DNA of 47,740 nucleotides from Desulfurococcales archaeon (GCA_027012045.1 JALUZI010000235.1:1-47740), one strand, 5' to 3'. Positions 26,087 to 36,331 are shown, counted from the stretch's first letter. Notes: generated from the letters alone by a model not told the origin. Made by a program: numbers and translations.

Positions 26087-27340
26087 CTAGTCCTTTATAA
26101 CGCCCCATCCTACAAGTCTCCATCTACCATGTACTTGTTTGCTGATCGCAACTCTAGCACCAGGCCATCCCACTACTGGGCGTTTCAATACTATTTCAAG
26201 TTCATCCTTGCTCACCCTAGTAGTTATTCCAAGAGTGATAGCCGTACCAACAGTGAGCATCAAGGGTTCTCTTACATTAAGCTTGTCTATACGGACAAGC
26301 TCCTTAAGCCCTACAACACGCTCTAGCAAGTGATATTCTATTCTAAGAGAATTATAAACCGGTGGCAGCGTGCCGGGCTTACCGATAGCGTTTCCCACAA
26401 GGTTGTCCGCTTTTGTTACCGAGGGATCCAGTTTAGTTCCTATGGCCACCAGCCCACCTGGCTTTGCTTCTTTTACACTTATGTTTCCGAATTTGAGGCT
26501 CTCAATAGTAGTTGTTAATGGCTCGTATACTGTTTTTCCACCGGGTTTAACTAGCCTTATACCCGGCTTGATCTCTATCTCGTCTCCTACTCTGAACACA
26601 CCTTGAATAATACTACCTCCTATGACACCGCCGACAAGTTTGTCTGGAGGTGTACCTGGCTTGTTGACATCGAAGCTCCTGGCTATAAACATGAGAGGGT
26701 CCTTAGTCAGGTCCTTGGGTTTCGTTGGGAGATACTTTTCCATAGCCATTAAAAGCACATCTATGTTTATTTTATGTAACGCGCTTACCGGAATTATTGG
26801 AGCGTTTTCAGCCCAGGTTCCTTTAAGGAATTCTTTTATCTCCTTGTAGTTCTCTCTTGCTCTTTCAGGGCTTACAGCATCTACCTTGTTCTGCACAACA
26901 ACCAGGTTTCTAACACCGATAATGCCCAGAGCCATGAAATGCTCGTATGTCTGGGGCTGCGGACACTTCTCGTTGGCCGCGATCACTAGGATTGCCCCAT
27001 CCATGAGTGCTGCTCCCGACAACATTGTCGCCATTAGGATCTCGTGTCCCGGGGCGTCTACGTATGAAACTCTCCTTCTAAGTTTTGGTTCTCCTTTACC
27101 GCAGGGGCATTCTGGCTGTGGAGAATATCCCTCGGGTTCTCCGCATTCTTCGCAGAACCAAATGTCTCCATCGGCGTAGCCTAGCTTGATTGTCATCCCC
27201 CTCTTTAACTCTTCGCTGTGACGAGATGTCCATACACCTGTAAGTGCCTGGACTAGAGTGGTCTTTCCATGATCCACGTGTCCGACGACTCCAATGTTAA
27301 CCTCTGGCTGGACCTTAGCTTTCTCTACCACAACCCACAC
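26087..27340 (-). CDS. eif2g: Translation initiation factor 2 gamma subunit (aIF2-gamma)
   Basis: [12 protein letters not shown], a zinc knuckle CEECG...CPCG, DAPGHE and QNKVD. Confidence 0.96.
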   Translation of the reverse strand: MWVVVEKAKVQPEVNIGVVGHVDHGKTTLVQALTGVWTSRHSEELKRGMTIKLGYADGDIWFCEECGEPEGYSPQPECPCGKGEPKLRRRVSYVDAPGHEILMATMLSGAALMDGAILVIAANEKCPQPQTYEHFMALGIIGVRNLVVVQNKVDAVSPERARENYKEIKEFLKGTWAENAPIIPVSALHKINIDVLLMAMEKYLPTKPKDLTKDPLMFIARSFDVNKPGTPPDKLVGGVIGGSIIQGVFRVGDEIEIKPGIRLVKPGGKTVYEPLTTTIESLKFGNISVKEAKPGGLVAIGTKLDPSVTKADNLVGNAIGKPGTLPPVYNSLRIEYHLLERVVGLKELVRIDKLNVREPLMLTVGTAITLGITTRVSKDELEIVLKRPVVGWPGARVAISKQVHGRWRLVGWGVIKD

Positions 27341-27407
27341 CTATGGATGAATTAGATATTCTATGGGAATATTAAGCGTTTAAAAGTGGAGTAGTGAAAT
27401 AACTGGT

Positions 27408-28109
27408 TTACTTGTAGACTATAACAGTGTTAAGCTGGGCTAGTGCGGTTTTCCTCCTTTCTCCTCTAGGATCCGGTATAGTGTTACCCCTGATTAGCTT
27501 CCTCCTTCTTTCACCGTCTTCCCTAGGATGGAACCCCGGTGGGCTCGATATTAGTATTCTCTTTCTAATAGCTCCCGGCACATCAGGCCTCATAGGTATG
27601 CCAGTAGCGTCTGTTCCACCCGTTATTCTAAGACGTTTCCCTGGCAATCCTACGAGTCCTCCGTCGAACTCGTCTTTTATTTTGAGACCGGAAAGTTTTA
27701 TCGCGACATCCTCTGGGACGGCTATTTGCCATGCCTTGGCCCGGAACGCCTCGGCTTCGGCTTCCATTTCACCCACAGCTTCCCCTATCAACTCGATGTT
27801 TATGTGGACCTCGTCGTCGGGTAAGTCTTCTCTGACTATCACCTTGAACGGTATGTTTATTCTCTTATCATCCTTCGTGAATCTAATGGTGAGAACTCCT
27901 ATTTCCCCTAGTTTCAGTTCATCAAAAATTTTCTTACTGACAAGAGCTACTGGAAGCATACTTCTCTCTTGGTCTTTTTTCTTCACCATTTCAGGTTTAA
28001 GCTCTAATGCGCTGTCATCGGATCCTTTCACTTTTACCTTAAGTATTTTCTCTCCAGCCTTGGGGTCCGAGATGACTACTCTCAGAGGGGGTCTTTCCAT
28101 GTAACTCAT
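27408..28109 (-). CDS. rps6e: 30S ribosomal protein S6e (long crenarchaeal form)
   Basis: LRITGGTDATGIPMRPDVPGAIRKRILISSPPGF and the N-terminal VISDPKAG... are S6e signatures. Confidence 0.9.
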   Translation of the reverse strand: MSYMERPPLRVVISDPKAGEKILKVKVKGSDDSALELKPEMVKKKDQERSMLPVALVSKKIFDELKLGEIGVLTIRFTKDDKRINIPFKVIVREDLPDDEVHINIELIGEAVGEMEAEAEAFRAKAWQIAVPEDVAIKLSGLKIKDEFDGGLVGLPGKRLRITGGTDATGIPMRPDVPGAIRKRILISSPPGFHPREDGERRRKLIRGNTIPDPRGERRKTALAQLNTVIVYK

Positions 28110-28123
28110 ATCACATCACCGCC

Positions 28124-28153
28124 GGTCCCCACCATTCATGTGCAGCGGGGGCC
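28124..28153. other. GC-rich hairpin in the divergent rps6e/infB spacer
   Basis: GGTCCCC-(16 nt)-GGGGGCC forms 7 bp including one G-U. It lies 15-44 nt upstream of the rps6e ATG. A shared TATA-like AATATAAAT sits at 28183-28191. Confidence 0.4.
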
Positions 28154-28230
28154 AGCATGGATTGAGTAGCTGTCTTGGAGTCAATATAAATCCTTTCCCG
28201 CAAAACAATTCATCCCCTGGGCGGTAGGTA

Positions 28231-30066
28231 ATGGTGGAGAAGAAAGATAAACGGCTCAGGCAACCCATAGTCACAGTGCTAGGCCATGTAGATCACGGGA
28301 AAACAACCCTGCTCGACAAGATAAGGGGCACTGCTGTTGCTATGAAAGAGGCGGGTGGAATAACACAACACGTCGGTGCGAGCATGGTACCTGCAAGTGT
28401 GATCGAGAAAATAGCGGAACCCCTGAAGAATATAATACCCATAAAACTCAAAATACCAGGTCTCCTATTCATAGACACCCCCGGCCACGAATTGTTCAGC
28501 AACCTCCGCAAGAGAGGGGGCAGCGTGGCCGATTTCGCCATACTAGTAGTGGATATAATGGAGGGGTTCAAGGATCAGACCTACGAGGCTATCGACATAC
28601 TCAAACAGAGACGTGTGCCTTTCATTATTGCTGCCAATAAGATCGACAGGATCCCGGGGTGGAAGTCTTACCCGGATTCCCCTTTCATACAGTCCTATAA
28701 AATGCAGACCGATGAAGTTAAGTCAATCCTAGAAACAAGGATATACGAGTTAATGGGTCAAATGTACGACCTAGGGTTGCCCGCTGATTTATTCTTGAAG
28801 ATAAAAGACTTCACTAAAACTTTCGCAATAGTCCCTGTATCGGCTAGAACCGGAGAAGGCATCCCGGAACTCCTCACCGTTCTAGCAGGATTGATACAAC
28901 AGTATTTGGCCAATAAGTTAGTATATGCTGAAGGACCTGCAAAGGGCGTGGTCCTAGAAGTAAAAGAAGAGCCTGGCCTAGGCACTACGCTAGATGTTAT
29001 AATATATGACGGTATTCTAAGGAAGGGAGACATCATAGTTACAGGAGGAGTTAACGGGCCCGTTGTAACTAGGGTTAAAGCGCTACTCATGCCGAAGCCA
29101 TTGCAGGAAATAAGGAGTCATGAAGGAAAGTTCATGTACGTAGATGAGGTAGCTGCTGCTGCGGGAGTGAAGATAGCGGCTCCTGACCTAGAAGGAGTAC
29201 TGGCGGGTGCGCCGTTATACGTGGCTAAGAACAGTGAAGACGCTGAAAAACTGAGCAAAGCCGTCATGAAAGACGTAGAATCTGTTCTTGTCAAGACGGA
29301 TAAGGAAGGGGTTATAGTCAAAGCTGATACTCTCGGAACCCTAGAAGCCCTCACATTTGCATTGAAAAAACAAGGGATAAGTGTTAGGGCGGCAGATATT
29401 GGCAATGTCACAAGGAACGATGTGATAGATGCTTCTATAACCAAGAAGCATGACAAGTATCTTGGAGTAATATTAGCGTTCAATGTCAAAGTAACACCCG
29501 AGGCGGAGGAGGAGGCTAAGCTTAGGAAGATACCAATATTCGTTGACACAGTAATTTACAGGCTCTTGGAGTCCTATGAGGAGTGGGTTAAGAAGGAGAA
29601 GGAGAGGGAGAGACTGGAAAAGCTGAACAGTATGGTTCTACCAGGCAAGATAAGGGTGCTCCCAGGCCACGTGTTCAGGCGCAGTGATCCCATAATTGTG
29701 GGTGTAGAAGTACTGGGAGGTAAGATAAGGCCCGGTTATAAACTAATACGAGAGGATGGCAGGGTTATAGGAGAAATATCAGGTATAAGGGATAGGGATA
29801 CTTCTCTGGATGAGGCCACTATGGGAATGGCTGTCGCTATTTCTATCAAGGGGAAATCCATGGTGGGCAGGCATGTGTTCGAAGGAGACGTATTGTATAC
29901 AGATGTGCCTCTGGATCATGCAAGGGAGATCATAGACAAGTATCACAGTGATCTATCTATGGACGAGTTAATGATTCTCAGAGAGATCCTGGAGATCAAG
30001 AAGGGCGAGGGACCCGTCTACCGGTTGTTGATAAGGAAGCTGGATAAGATGATTGAGAAGAAATAA
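28231..30066 (+). CDS. infB: Translation initiation factor aIF5B (IF-2 homologue)
   Basis: [20 protein letters not shown] and ANKIDR. At 611 aa there is no room for an intein. Confidence 0.96.
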   Translation: MVEKKDKRLRQPIVTVLGHVDHGKTTLLDKIRGTAVAMKEAGGITQHVGASMVPASVIEKIAEPLKNIIPIKLKIPGLLFIDTPGHELFSNLRKRGGSVADFAILVVDIMEGFKDQTYEAIDILKQRRVPFIIAANKIDRIPGWKSYPDSPFIQSYKMQTDEVKSILETRIYELMGQMYDLGLPADLFLKIKDFTKTFAIVPVSARTGEGIPELLTVLAGLIQQYLANKLVYAEGPAKGVVLEVKEEPGLGTTLDVIIYDGILRKGDIIVTGGVNGPVVTRVKALLMPKPLQEIRSHEGKFMYVDEVAAAAGVKIAAPDLEGVLAGAPLYVAKNSEDAEKLSKAVMKDVESVLVKTDKEGVIVKADTLGTLEALTFALKKQGISVRAADIGNVTRNDVIDASITKKHDKYLGVILAFNVKVTPEAEEEAKLRKIPIFVDTVIYRLLESYEEWVKKEKERERLEKLNSMVLPGKIRVLPGHVFRRSDPIIVGVEVLGGKIRPGYKLIREDGRVIGEISGIRDRDTSLDEATMGMAVAISIKGKSMVGRHVFEGDVLYTDVPLDHAREIIDKYHSDLSMDELMILREILEIKKGEGPVYRLLIRKLDKMIEKK

Positions 30067-30076
30067 AACCGGGGAA

Positions 30077-30496
30077 TCACTCTATTTCCTCTGGAGTGAA
30101 GAACACTCTATACTCTCTTTCGAAGCTCTCAGGAGAATCCGATGCGTGAACAACGTTTTCCTGGATATCAAGTGCAAAGTCTCCTCTAATAGTGCCAGGC
30201 GCAGCTTTTCTGGCATCGGTCGACCCTATTAACAGCCTTACAACACTTATAGCAGAATCACCCTCGAGAACCATCGCTACAACAGGTCCGCTCGTAACGA
30301 ATTCTACTAGATCATTGAAAAACGGTTTGTCCCTATGAACACTATATAGCTGCTCTGCCCGCTCCCTCGTCAGCTTCACCATCTTCAACGCTTTAATCTT
30401 AAGTCCTTTCCTCTCGAACCTAGACACTATTTCTCCTATGAGACCCCTCTTAACAGCGTCAGGTTTAATCATCACGAATGTTTTCTCAACAGCCAT
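30077..30496 (-). CDS. ndk: Nucleoside diphosphate kinase
   Basis: [34 protein letters not shown] and NVVHASDS (active-site His). Confidence 0.95.
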   Translation of the reverse strand: MAVEKTFVMIKPDAVKRGLIGEIVSRFERKGLKIKALKMVKLTRERAEQLYSVHRDKPFFNDLVEFVTSGPVVAMVLEGDSAISVVRLLIGSTDARKAAPGTIRGDFALDIQENVVHASDSPESFEREYRVFFTPEEIE

Positions 30497-30503
30497 TACC
30501 GTG

Positions 30504-30686
30504 TCACCTTATGCCATAGCTTTTTGTCCACTTGAGTTTTCTAGGATTCCTCCTCAGAACTAGGTAATTCTTCATGCATTTACTCGAGCAGAACCATAAT
30601 ATGTTGCCTCTCTTAGTCACATATTTAATGCCAGTGCCGGGTTCAATGGGTTTTCCACAGAACGCACATACCTGCTCCTTAGGCAT
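30504..30686 (-). CDS. rpl24e: 50S ribosomal protein L24e
   Basis: [13 protein letters not shown]...FCSSKC......RNPRKLKWT. Confidence 0.93.
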   Translation of the reverse strand: MPKEQVCAFCGKPIEPGTGIKYVTKRGNILWFCSSKCMKNYLVLRRNPRKLKWTKSYGIR

Positions 30687-30798
30687 ATTTTATCACCTTA
30701 ACCGCTACCTATTAAGGGGGGTTCAATGAATATAGTTTAAATAAGTTTTTATCCCTAGGATTCACCATTGAGTAGTTGACGTGAAAGGTGCAGGAGAG

Positions 30799-31032
30799 AT
30801 GAGTAAAAGGGAGGATAACATTATAGAGGAGCTGGGGTATCCCGCTGAGGTCATCCAGCTGATCGGACGTACAGGCGTATCAGGCGAGGTTACACAGGTC
30901 CATGTCAGAGTGCTCGAAGGAAGGGATAAGGGCAGGATAATAACGAGGAACGTGCTTGGCCCCGTTAGAATAGGGGACATATTGATGCTGAGGGAGACTG
31001 AGAGGGAAGCTAGGAAGCTAGGCAGGAGGTAG
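30799..31032 (+). CDS. rps28e: 30S ribosomal protein S28e
   Basis: [63 protein letters not shown] prefer the ATG at 30799, which is preceded by GGTGCAGGAGAG, over the GTG at 30781. Confidence 0.92.
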   Translation: MSKREDNIIEELGYPAEVIQLIGRTGVSGEVTQVHVRVLEGRDKGRIITRNVLGPVRIGDILMLRETEREARKLGRR

Positions 31033-31479
31033 CCTATTCTTTTTAACACTATAACACGCATACTCATTGATTCCCTGAGATACACAGGTTTCTAAACCTA
31101 ACACGTTGTTTTCCGTTTTTAACTTGTTCCATAATATAGTTCCTATATACTGGCTTAAAGCTTCCATGGAAGCTTGGGGAAATGGGATGCTCGTGTAATC
31201 CAAACCTGCTTTCTCTAAGATCTTTGCAATATTTCGTTGTTTCTCGCCTAAAACGATTTTATGATCTAGTTCTCCTATGATCTTGGATATCAATTCTTTT
31301 ATCATAGATGTATCTATTATGATATAGGTATCAGGATCCGGTGTCCCTTCTATTTTGACCTCCACGTTAAACGAGTGTCCGTGGAGGCCGTAATCGCCTT
31401 TCTCTTTAGTATACGTAATATGGGAAGACTCAAACGAAAAACCTTTCACGACAATATACGTTGACCCATGGATTTCCAT
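31018..31479 (-). CDS. 6-pyruvoyl-tetrahydropterin synthase / QueD-family protein
   Basis: FSFESSH....(n)..[15 protein letters not shown] is the PTPS/QueD zinc-binding His motif; 153 aa. Confidence 0.75.
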   Translation of the reverse strand: MEIHGSTYIVVKGFSFESSHITYTKEKGDYGLHGHSFNVEVKIEGTPDPDTYIIIDTSMIKELISKIIGELDHKIVLGEKQRNIAKILEKAGLDYTSIPFPQASMEALSQYIGTILWNKLKTENNVLGLETCVSQGINEYACYSVKKNRLPPA

Positions 31480-31485
31480 GGCTGC

Positions 31486-31785
31486 TCAGCCGAATTTATA
31501 CCACACACCATGTCCTCCGGGAGGATAAGACCATGATACAGCATCATAGGGACATATGAGTCTGCATGTACCACACTCCAAACATCCTTCGTATACAAAT
31601 ACTAGTTTACCGTTCTCATCCAAACTATAAAGACCTGCTGGGCATGCCTTTATGCAAGGCTTGGTTTCACATTTACTGCATTTCTCGGTGTCGACTATTA
31701 TGTGGGGCTTCTCGAATATCTCGAACTTGGTTAGTGTAAGCCTCTTCTCTACTGACAGAGGTTTCTCTTCCATGTTCGAGCTCAT
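31486..31785 (-). CDS. fixX: Ferredoxin-like protein FixX
   Basis: 99 aa with CxxC...C...CP cysteine clusters (CSKCETKPCIKACP; CLECGTCRLICP). It overlaps the fixC stop by 4 nt. Confidence 0.8.
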   Translation of the reverse strand: MSSNMEEKPLSVEKRLTLTKFEIFEKPHIIVDTEKCSKCETKPCIKACPAGLYSLDENGKLVFVYEGCLECGTCRLICPYDAVSWSYPPGGHGVWYKFG

Positions 31786-33080
31786 ATTGACCGCCTCGCC
31801 TCAAGGAACAATTTGAACAGGGTTATCCATCCGAGCCCGTGCGACTTAAGGGAATTCATCAATACCGGGTATATTCGTCTTACTTCTTCATCAGTAGTGT
31901 ATGCCGTGCCCAAGACCTCGCATGCTATATCCGGTAGATCCCGGTACAAAACCTCGTTCTCCAGGAATTTCGGCAGGTTCCTATACTCCCTTAGGTTTCT
32001 ATATATCACGCTTTCCTCTACTAATCTCTTGTATACAGATAATGTTTCGGCATCCCGTTTTCCTTCCTCATGCGCCTTAGAAATAGCTTCAGCGGCTAGT
32101 CTACCCGATTCTATTGCCAGGTCGACGCCTCTAATCGTGAAACCCGTGTTCAAGATGAATCCTGCAGCGTCGCCGACAACGAGATAGCCGGGACCATAGG
32201 GCTTTTCTAGGACGTCTAGTAGTCCACCCTCTCTGGTTAGGTGAGCAGAGTACTCCATTAGAACACCGTCCTTCACATATCTATAGATCGCTGGGTGGAG
32301 CCTTAGTTGCTCTGCTATATCTTTCATGGTTATTTCCTTCCTATTAACCTCGGAGAGCCTTACTACGGCACCTATGGTAACATATTCTCCCATAGTGTAT
32401 AGGAAGCCTCCTCCCGCAATGCCCTTAAGCGGGCCTCCTATGAAGAAATGGGCTACTCCCTCCCAGTCTTCCAAGCCGAATCTCTTATTTATTTCTTCCT
32501 TACCGAGCCTTATGACTTCCTTTACTCCCAGCGCTGTAGTTTCTAGTCTTGGCTTACTTCTAATGCCTAGTTTCTCGCTTAACAGGGTGTTTACACCTTC
32601 AGCTATGACTATATAATCGGCTTCTATTTTCTCTCCGTCGGCCACAACACCCGAGGCGTATCCCTGATCGTTTAACACTATATCTTCTACTCTGCTGCCT
32701 GGAAGTACCATTGCACCTTTTTCTTCGGCTTTCTCGGACAGCCATCCTGTGAACTTGCTCAGGAAAGCTGTGAAACTATCGTACTCGTCTTCTTTGAGCG
32801 GTTTGTGTTTCACGTAGTCTAGTGTAACGCTGTCGCTTTCACACGTTATACTCATTCGTTCTTTTCTAACCCACCTTTCAATAGGTGCCTCCTTCCTCCA
32901 CCCGGGGAAATACTTGTCGAGCACATAAGAGTATATCCTGCCGCCGAAAACGTTTTTGGACCCGGGTTCAGGCCCCCTCTCTATGACAACGGGTTCGAAT
33001 CCCTTCTCTGCAAGAAAATAGGCTGTACTTAAACCGGCGGGTCCGCCTCCCACAACCACTACATCAAACTTCTCGGACAA
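31782..33080 (-). CDS. fixC: FAD-dependent ETF:quinone/ferredoxin oxidoreductase FixC
   Basis: N-terminal FDVVVVGGGPAGLSTAYFLAEKG dinucleotide fold; 432 aa; located between etfA and fixX. Confidence 0.85.
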   Translation of the reverse strand: MSEKFDVVVVGGGPAGLSTAYFLAEKGFEPVVIERGPEPGSKNVFGGRIYSYVLDKYFPGWRKEAPIERWVRKERMSITCESDSVTLDYVKHKPLKEDEYDSFTAFLSKFTGWLSEKAEEKGAMVLPGSRVEDIVLNDQGYASGVVADGEKIEADYIVIAEGVNTLLSEKLGIRSKPRLETTALGVKEVIRLGKEEINKRFGLEDWEGVAHFFIGGPLKGIAGGGFLYTMGEYVTIGAVVRLSEVNRKEITMKDIAEQLRLHPAIYRYVKDGVLMEYSAHLTREGGLLDVLEKPYGPGYLVVGDAAGFILNTGFTIRGVDLAIESGRLAAEAISKAHEEGKRDAETLSVYKRLVEESVIYRNLREYRNLPKFLENEVLYRDLPDIACEVLGTAYTTDEEVRRIYPVLMNSLKSHGLGWITLFKLFLEARRSI

Positions 33081-33130
33081 TACTATCCTCCCGAAAGCGG
33101 TATTGTGTTGAATGATGAAACTTAGAAAAA

Positions 33131-34039
33131 TTACTGTTGCTTCCTTTCCTTGAGTTTCTTGATAAGAACAGGCACCACTTTGTATAGATCACCTATGACC
33201 CCGTAGTCTGCCTCTTCGAATATAGGTGCTGACTCATCATTGTTGATTGCAACAATGATCTTGGCCCCCCTAACACCCATAGTGTGGTGAGGCTGCCCGG
33301 ATATTCCTATCGCTATGTAGAGCTTAGGGCTTATTACTAGGCCTGATATTCCTATCCAACTATCAGCCCAGCCGTAGTCCGCGGCTAATGGTCTTGTGAC
33401 GCTCCACGCCCCTCCTAGGAGCGACGCCAGCTCCTTTATCATTTCCAGGTCTTCCTTCTTTTTGACGCCTCTGCCGGCGCCGACTACTACATCTGCCTTT
33501 GTAGGATCGACGCCCTCCATTTTACGGGGGCTATATTCTACTTCTACACTCCCAGCCTTGGCTTCGATCTCAACTAGCTCTCCAGTAGACCCTGCCTCTT
33601 CTGTTTCCTTGTAGGATCCACTTACTATGCACACGGACGCCTTATCCCCCGCCTTAACTTTAGCCATCGCGTTACCGCCGAATGTTAGCTTCTCTACCTC
33701 CAAGCCTTCTCCGGTCTTCACTACAGACACTGCATCCGTGATCGCTTCAAACCCTAAAGCCCCTGAGGTTAACCCTGCAATCATTCTTCCTTTATTTGTA
33801 CACGGGAACAATAGAATTGTAGCAGATTCCTTGTTTACAACGTCTCTGAGAGCCCCGGAAATAGCTACCGGGTCGAAGGAATCTGTCTTAACATAATATG
33901 TCCTAGTATACATACCTGAAAGCTTTTCGGCGACATTCCTGTTAAACGTGAAGAGAACGGGGTCTCCAAGCCCTTTTGCTGCAGTTAAAAGTTGCTTGCC
34001 CCATGACTCTTCCTCTGAGTAAACTATTACCGGAGCCAT
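33131..34039 (-). CDS. etfA: Electron transfer flavoprotein alpha subunit (EtfA/FixB)
   Basis: The C-terminal FAD-binding region is PKLYIAIGISGQPHHTMGVRGAKIIVAINNDESAPIFEEADYGVIGDLYKVVP. Confidence 0.9.
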   Translation of the reverse strand: MAPVIVYSEEESWGKQLLTAAKGLGDPVLFTFNRNVAEKLSGMYTRTYYVKTDSFDPVAISGALRDVVNKESATILLFPCTNKGRMIAGLTSGALGFEAITDAVSVVKTGEGLEVEKLTFGGNAMAKVKAGDKASVCIVSGSYKETEEAGSTGELVEIEAKAGSVEVEYSPRKMEGVDPTKADVVVGAGRGVKKKEDLEMIKELASLLGGAWSVTRPLAADYGWADSWIGISGLVISPKLYIAIGISGQPHHTMGVRGAKIIVAINNDESAPIFEEADYGVIGDLYKVVPVLIKKLKERKQQ

Positions 34040-34041
34040 GG

Positions 34042-34812
34042 TTATATCACCCCCTCCTCTTCTAGTGCTTTAATCAGCTTTTCTACAGCTTCCTCCACAT
34101 TGTCTGTTGCATCTATTTTGACGCGCTTACGGGGTACTTCATACTTAATTATTGATTCAATGTTAATCTTGGAGACATGTGCTCCTAGTTCTTCTGGAGT
34201 AGTTTCATCTATCGGCTTCTTCTTAGATCTAAGTATGTCTCTTATTGTAGGTATTCTAGGCTCGTTAGCCTCGCTGGTAACAGTAACCACGGCAGGCATT
34301 TTACTTGTGAACTTATACTGGCCGTCTTCCAATGTCGAAACTATGGTCACACTGCCATTTTCAACACTGACCCTATCAGCGTTAGCTAGAAGTGGAACGC
34401 CAAGCAACGAAGCCACCATAGGTCCCACCACGGAGGAATGCGTGTCGCCAGCCCCTGATCCCAGAAGTATAAGGTCATAGGGACCTGTTTTCTCTGCGTA
34501 TGAAGAGATTATTCTGGCAACACTGAGTGCAGAAAGACTGTCAGGGTCGTCTACTTTAACCATAACTGCTTTAGTTGCACCCATTGCATAGGCATCCTTT
34601 AGAATTCGCTGGTGCTCCTTGGAAGACCCTATCGTTAGTACAGTTACCTCCTCGGCTTTACCAGCATCCTTCAATTTCACGGCTTCTTCCAATGCGCACT
34701 TGTCTGCTTCACCCATAACTCTAGGACACGCGTCTAGAAGAGGTGTGCCGTCCTTCTCGAATTTCAATTGGTTGATATCGTATGTCAGTTTAACTGCTAC
34801 TAATACCCTCAC
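34042..34812 (-). CDS. etfB: Electron transfer flavoprotein beta subunit (EtfB/FixA)
   Basis: MRVLVAVK...., YDLILLGSGAGDTHSSVVGPMVASLLGVP; 256 aa. Confidence 0.9.
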   Translation of the reverse strand: MRVLVAVKLTYDINQLKFEKDGTPLLDACPRVMGEADKCALEEAVKLKDAGKAEEVTVLTIGSSKEHQRILKDAYAMGATKAVMVKVDDPDSLSALSVARIISSYAEKTGPYDLILLGSGAGDTHSSVVGPMVASLLGVPLLANADRVSVENGSVTIVSTLEDGQYKFTSKMPAVVTVTSEANEPRIPTIRDILRSKKKPIDETTPEELGAHVSKINIESIIKYEVPRKRVKIDATDNVEEAVEKLIKALEEEGVI

Positions 34813-34886
34813 TTCATAACACCTCTAGTGGTTTACTATAGGGCGTTACCTGTTTATCTTAGAAGTTAAAAAGAAAGAGGATGCGG

Positions 34887-36140
34887 TTACTCCTCTTCCT
34901 TGGCCCACACATTTCTTACTGCGTCGCTTCCCAGTGTGTCTCTCGCTATAATGTACTTCATTATGTTCTGGGCTCCCTCAGCGCCTATCGTGTAAGAGAA
35001 TGTGCCTAGCCAGCCCCTGTGAGCGTTGCATTCTTTGGTATAACCGTACGCACCGAACCATTTCAGCACTTCAGTATAGACTTCTGTTGTTACTGTTGGA
35101 CCTAGCATTTTAGCCATGGCGACAGGTAGGTTCAGGTCTTGTGGTTTGAACCTCGGGCTCTTCGATAGGTATATGTTGTCCGCCATCCAAGCGGCTTTGT
35201 ACACAAAGTATCTGGCCGCTTCAACCATGGTGTATAGTTCTGCGTATCTGAAGCTTACCCCCTCGAAGCTGGCTATGGGCCTGCCTTGGAATAGCTTCCT
35301 TGTTCTGAGCCATTCTTTCGCCCTATCAAGGGCCCAGCGGGCACTTCCCACTGTAGCTGCGGCAACCAGTATTCTAGCAATATTGAAGCCTTGTAGTACT
35401 AGGTAGAATCCTTTGTTGACTTCCCCTATCCTATACTTGTCATCTACCTCGAAGTTCTCTAGTGTGAAGCCTCCTGTTGATAGGCCATGCCTCCCTATTT
35501 CCTCGTATACGGTGGGCTTCCATTCCTCTCTGATCTTTCCGTTCCACTTGGGTAGAACAACGAAGTCCGTGATCCTCTTATGGCTCCATCCAGGCTTCTC
35601 GGTTTTAGCGACGAGGAAGAAGCCTCCTCCCTCGGGGAGCTCTTGTATTTCCCTTATACCGCTTATGAAGGCTTTCTCGCCGTTTATGACCCATTTATCA
35701 CCTACTTTCTTGGCGACCGTTTTGTTTCCAGCCACATCGCTTCCTCCCTGAGGCTCTGTGGAGGCTATGCCGAAGAAGGCGTCTCCCGATGCTACCTTTG
35801 GTAGAACCTCCATCTTAGCCTCTTCTTGGCCGAATAATGCCAGTGCAAGGGGCCAACCGTTGTTTAGGAGGGTATAAACTGCTACAGCGACAGCCGGGTC
35901 ATGATAAGCTATTTCTTCCACTGCGAGGGCGGTCATAACCATTGTACCGCCCATGCCGCCGTACTCTTCGGGTACAGGTATAGCGAATAACCCCTGATCG
36001 GCTATTCGCTTTATAAGATCCATAGGTATACGGCCTTTCTCGTCTATTTCAACCCATTTAGGCTCTATGTAGCGCTTCGCGAACTCGCGTACGCTATCAC
36101 GGAACCTAATCTCGTCTTCTGAGAACTCGAAGTCTACCAA
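34887..36140 (-). CDS. Acyl-CoA dehydrogenase family protein
   Basis: GIASTEPQGGSDVAG motif and the C-terminal IGAEGAQNIMKYIIAR (ACAD pattern IYEGT..I....IAR, here degenerate); 417 aa. Substrate unknown. Confidence 0.85.
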   Translation of the reverse strand: MVDFEFSEDEIRFRDSVREFAKRYIEPKWVEIDEKGRIPMDLIKRIADQGLFAIPVPEEYGGMGGTMVMTALAVEEIAYHDPAVAVAVYTLLNNGWPLALALFGQEEAKMEVLPKVASGDAFFGIASTEPQGGSDVAGNKTVAKKVGDKWVINGEKAFISGIREIQELPEGGGFFLVAKTEKPGWSHKRITDFVVLPKWNGKIREEWKPTVYEEIGRHGLSTGGFTLENFEVDDKYRIGEVNKGFYLVLQGFNIARILVAAATVGSARWALDRAKEWLRTRKLFQGRPIASFEGVSFRYAELYTMVEAARYFVYKAAWMADNIYLSKSPRFKPQDLNLPVAMAKMLGPTVTTEVYTEVLKWFGAYGYTKECNAHRGWLGTFSYTIGAEGAQNIMKYIIARDTLGSDAVRNVWAKEEE

Positions 36141-36331
36141 AACGATTCACCTATACAAATTGGTTGGATCCGACTAGACAATTAGGTAGGTAGGTAATAT
36201 AAATGTTAAAGAGCGATATGAACAGAGTCCTCGTTCTGTGGATACTAAGGTATTTACACTAGATATACTCCTATAATATTCAATGGTGGTGCTTTTATCC
36301 TGGATCACGAGTCGGAGGTGTGCCATAAGCT

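Noticed and set aside
27427-28104. A 225-aa plus-strand ORF covering almost all of rps6e in antisense
   Set aside because: It is rich in Ser, Leu and Pro, with the low-complexity composition typical of the antisense frame of a Lys/Glu/Gly/Arg-rich gene. The sense-strand protein has unambiguous S6e motifs. The same reasoning applies to 1990..2640 (antisense to EF-2), 28293..29549 (three ORFs antisense to infB), 33396..33896, 34100..34480, 35116..35804 and 44251..44640.
807-30066. Checked the large translation GTPases (EF-2, aIF2-gamma, aIF5B) for inteins or frameshifts
   Set aside because: The lengths (736, 417 and 611 aa) and uninterrupted motif order are normal. There are no Cys/Ser-...-HN intein boundaries or extra domains.
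33112-33118. A perfect C-box heptamer ATGATGA in the fixC-etfA spacer
   Set aside because: There is no CTGA D box at a suitable distance downstream (only CTGT) and no C'/D' pair, so it is probably chance. A similar isolated box pair inside the ORF at 4858..4881 (minus strand) lacks the second half of a C/D unit.
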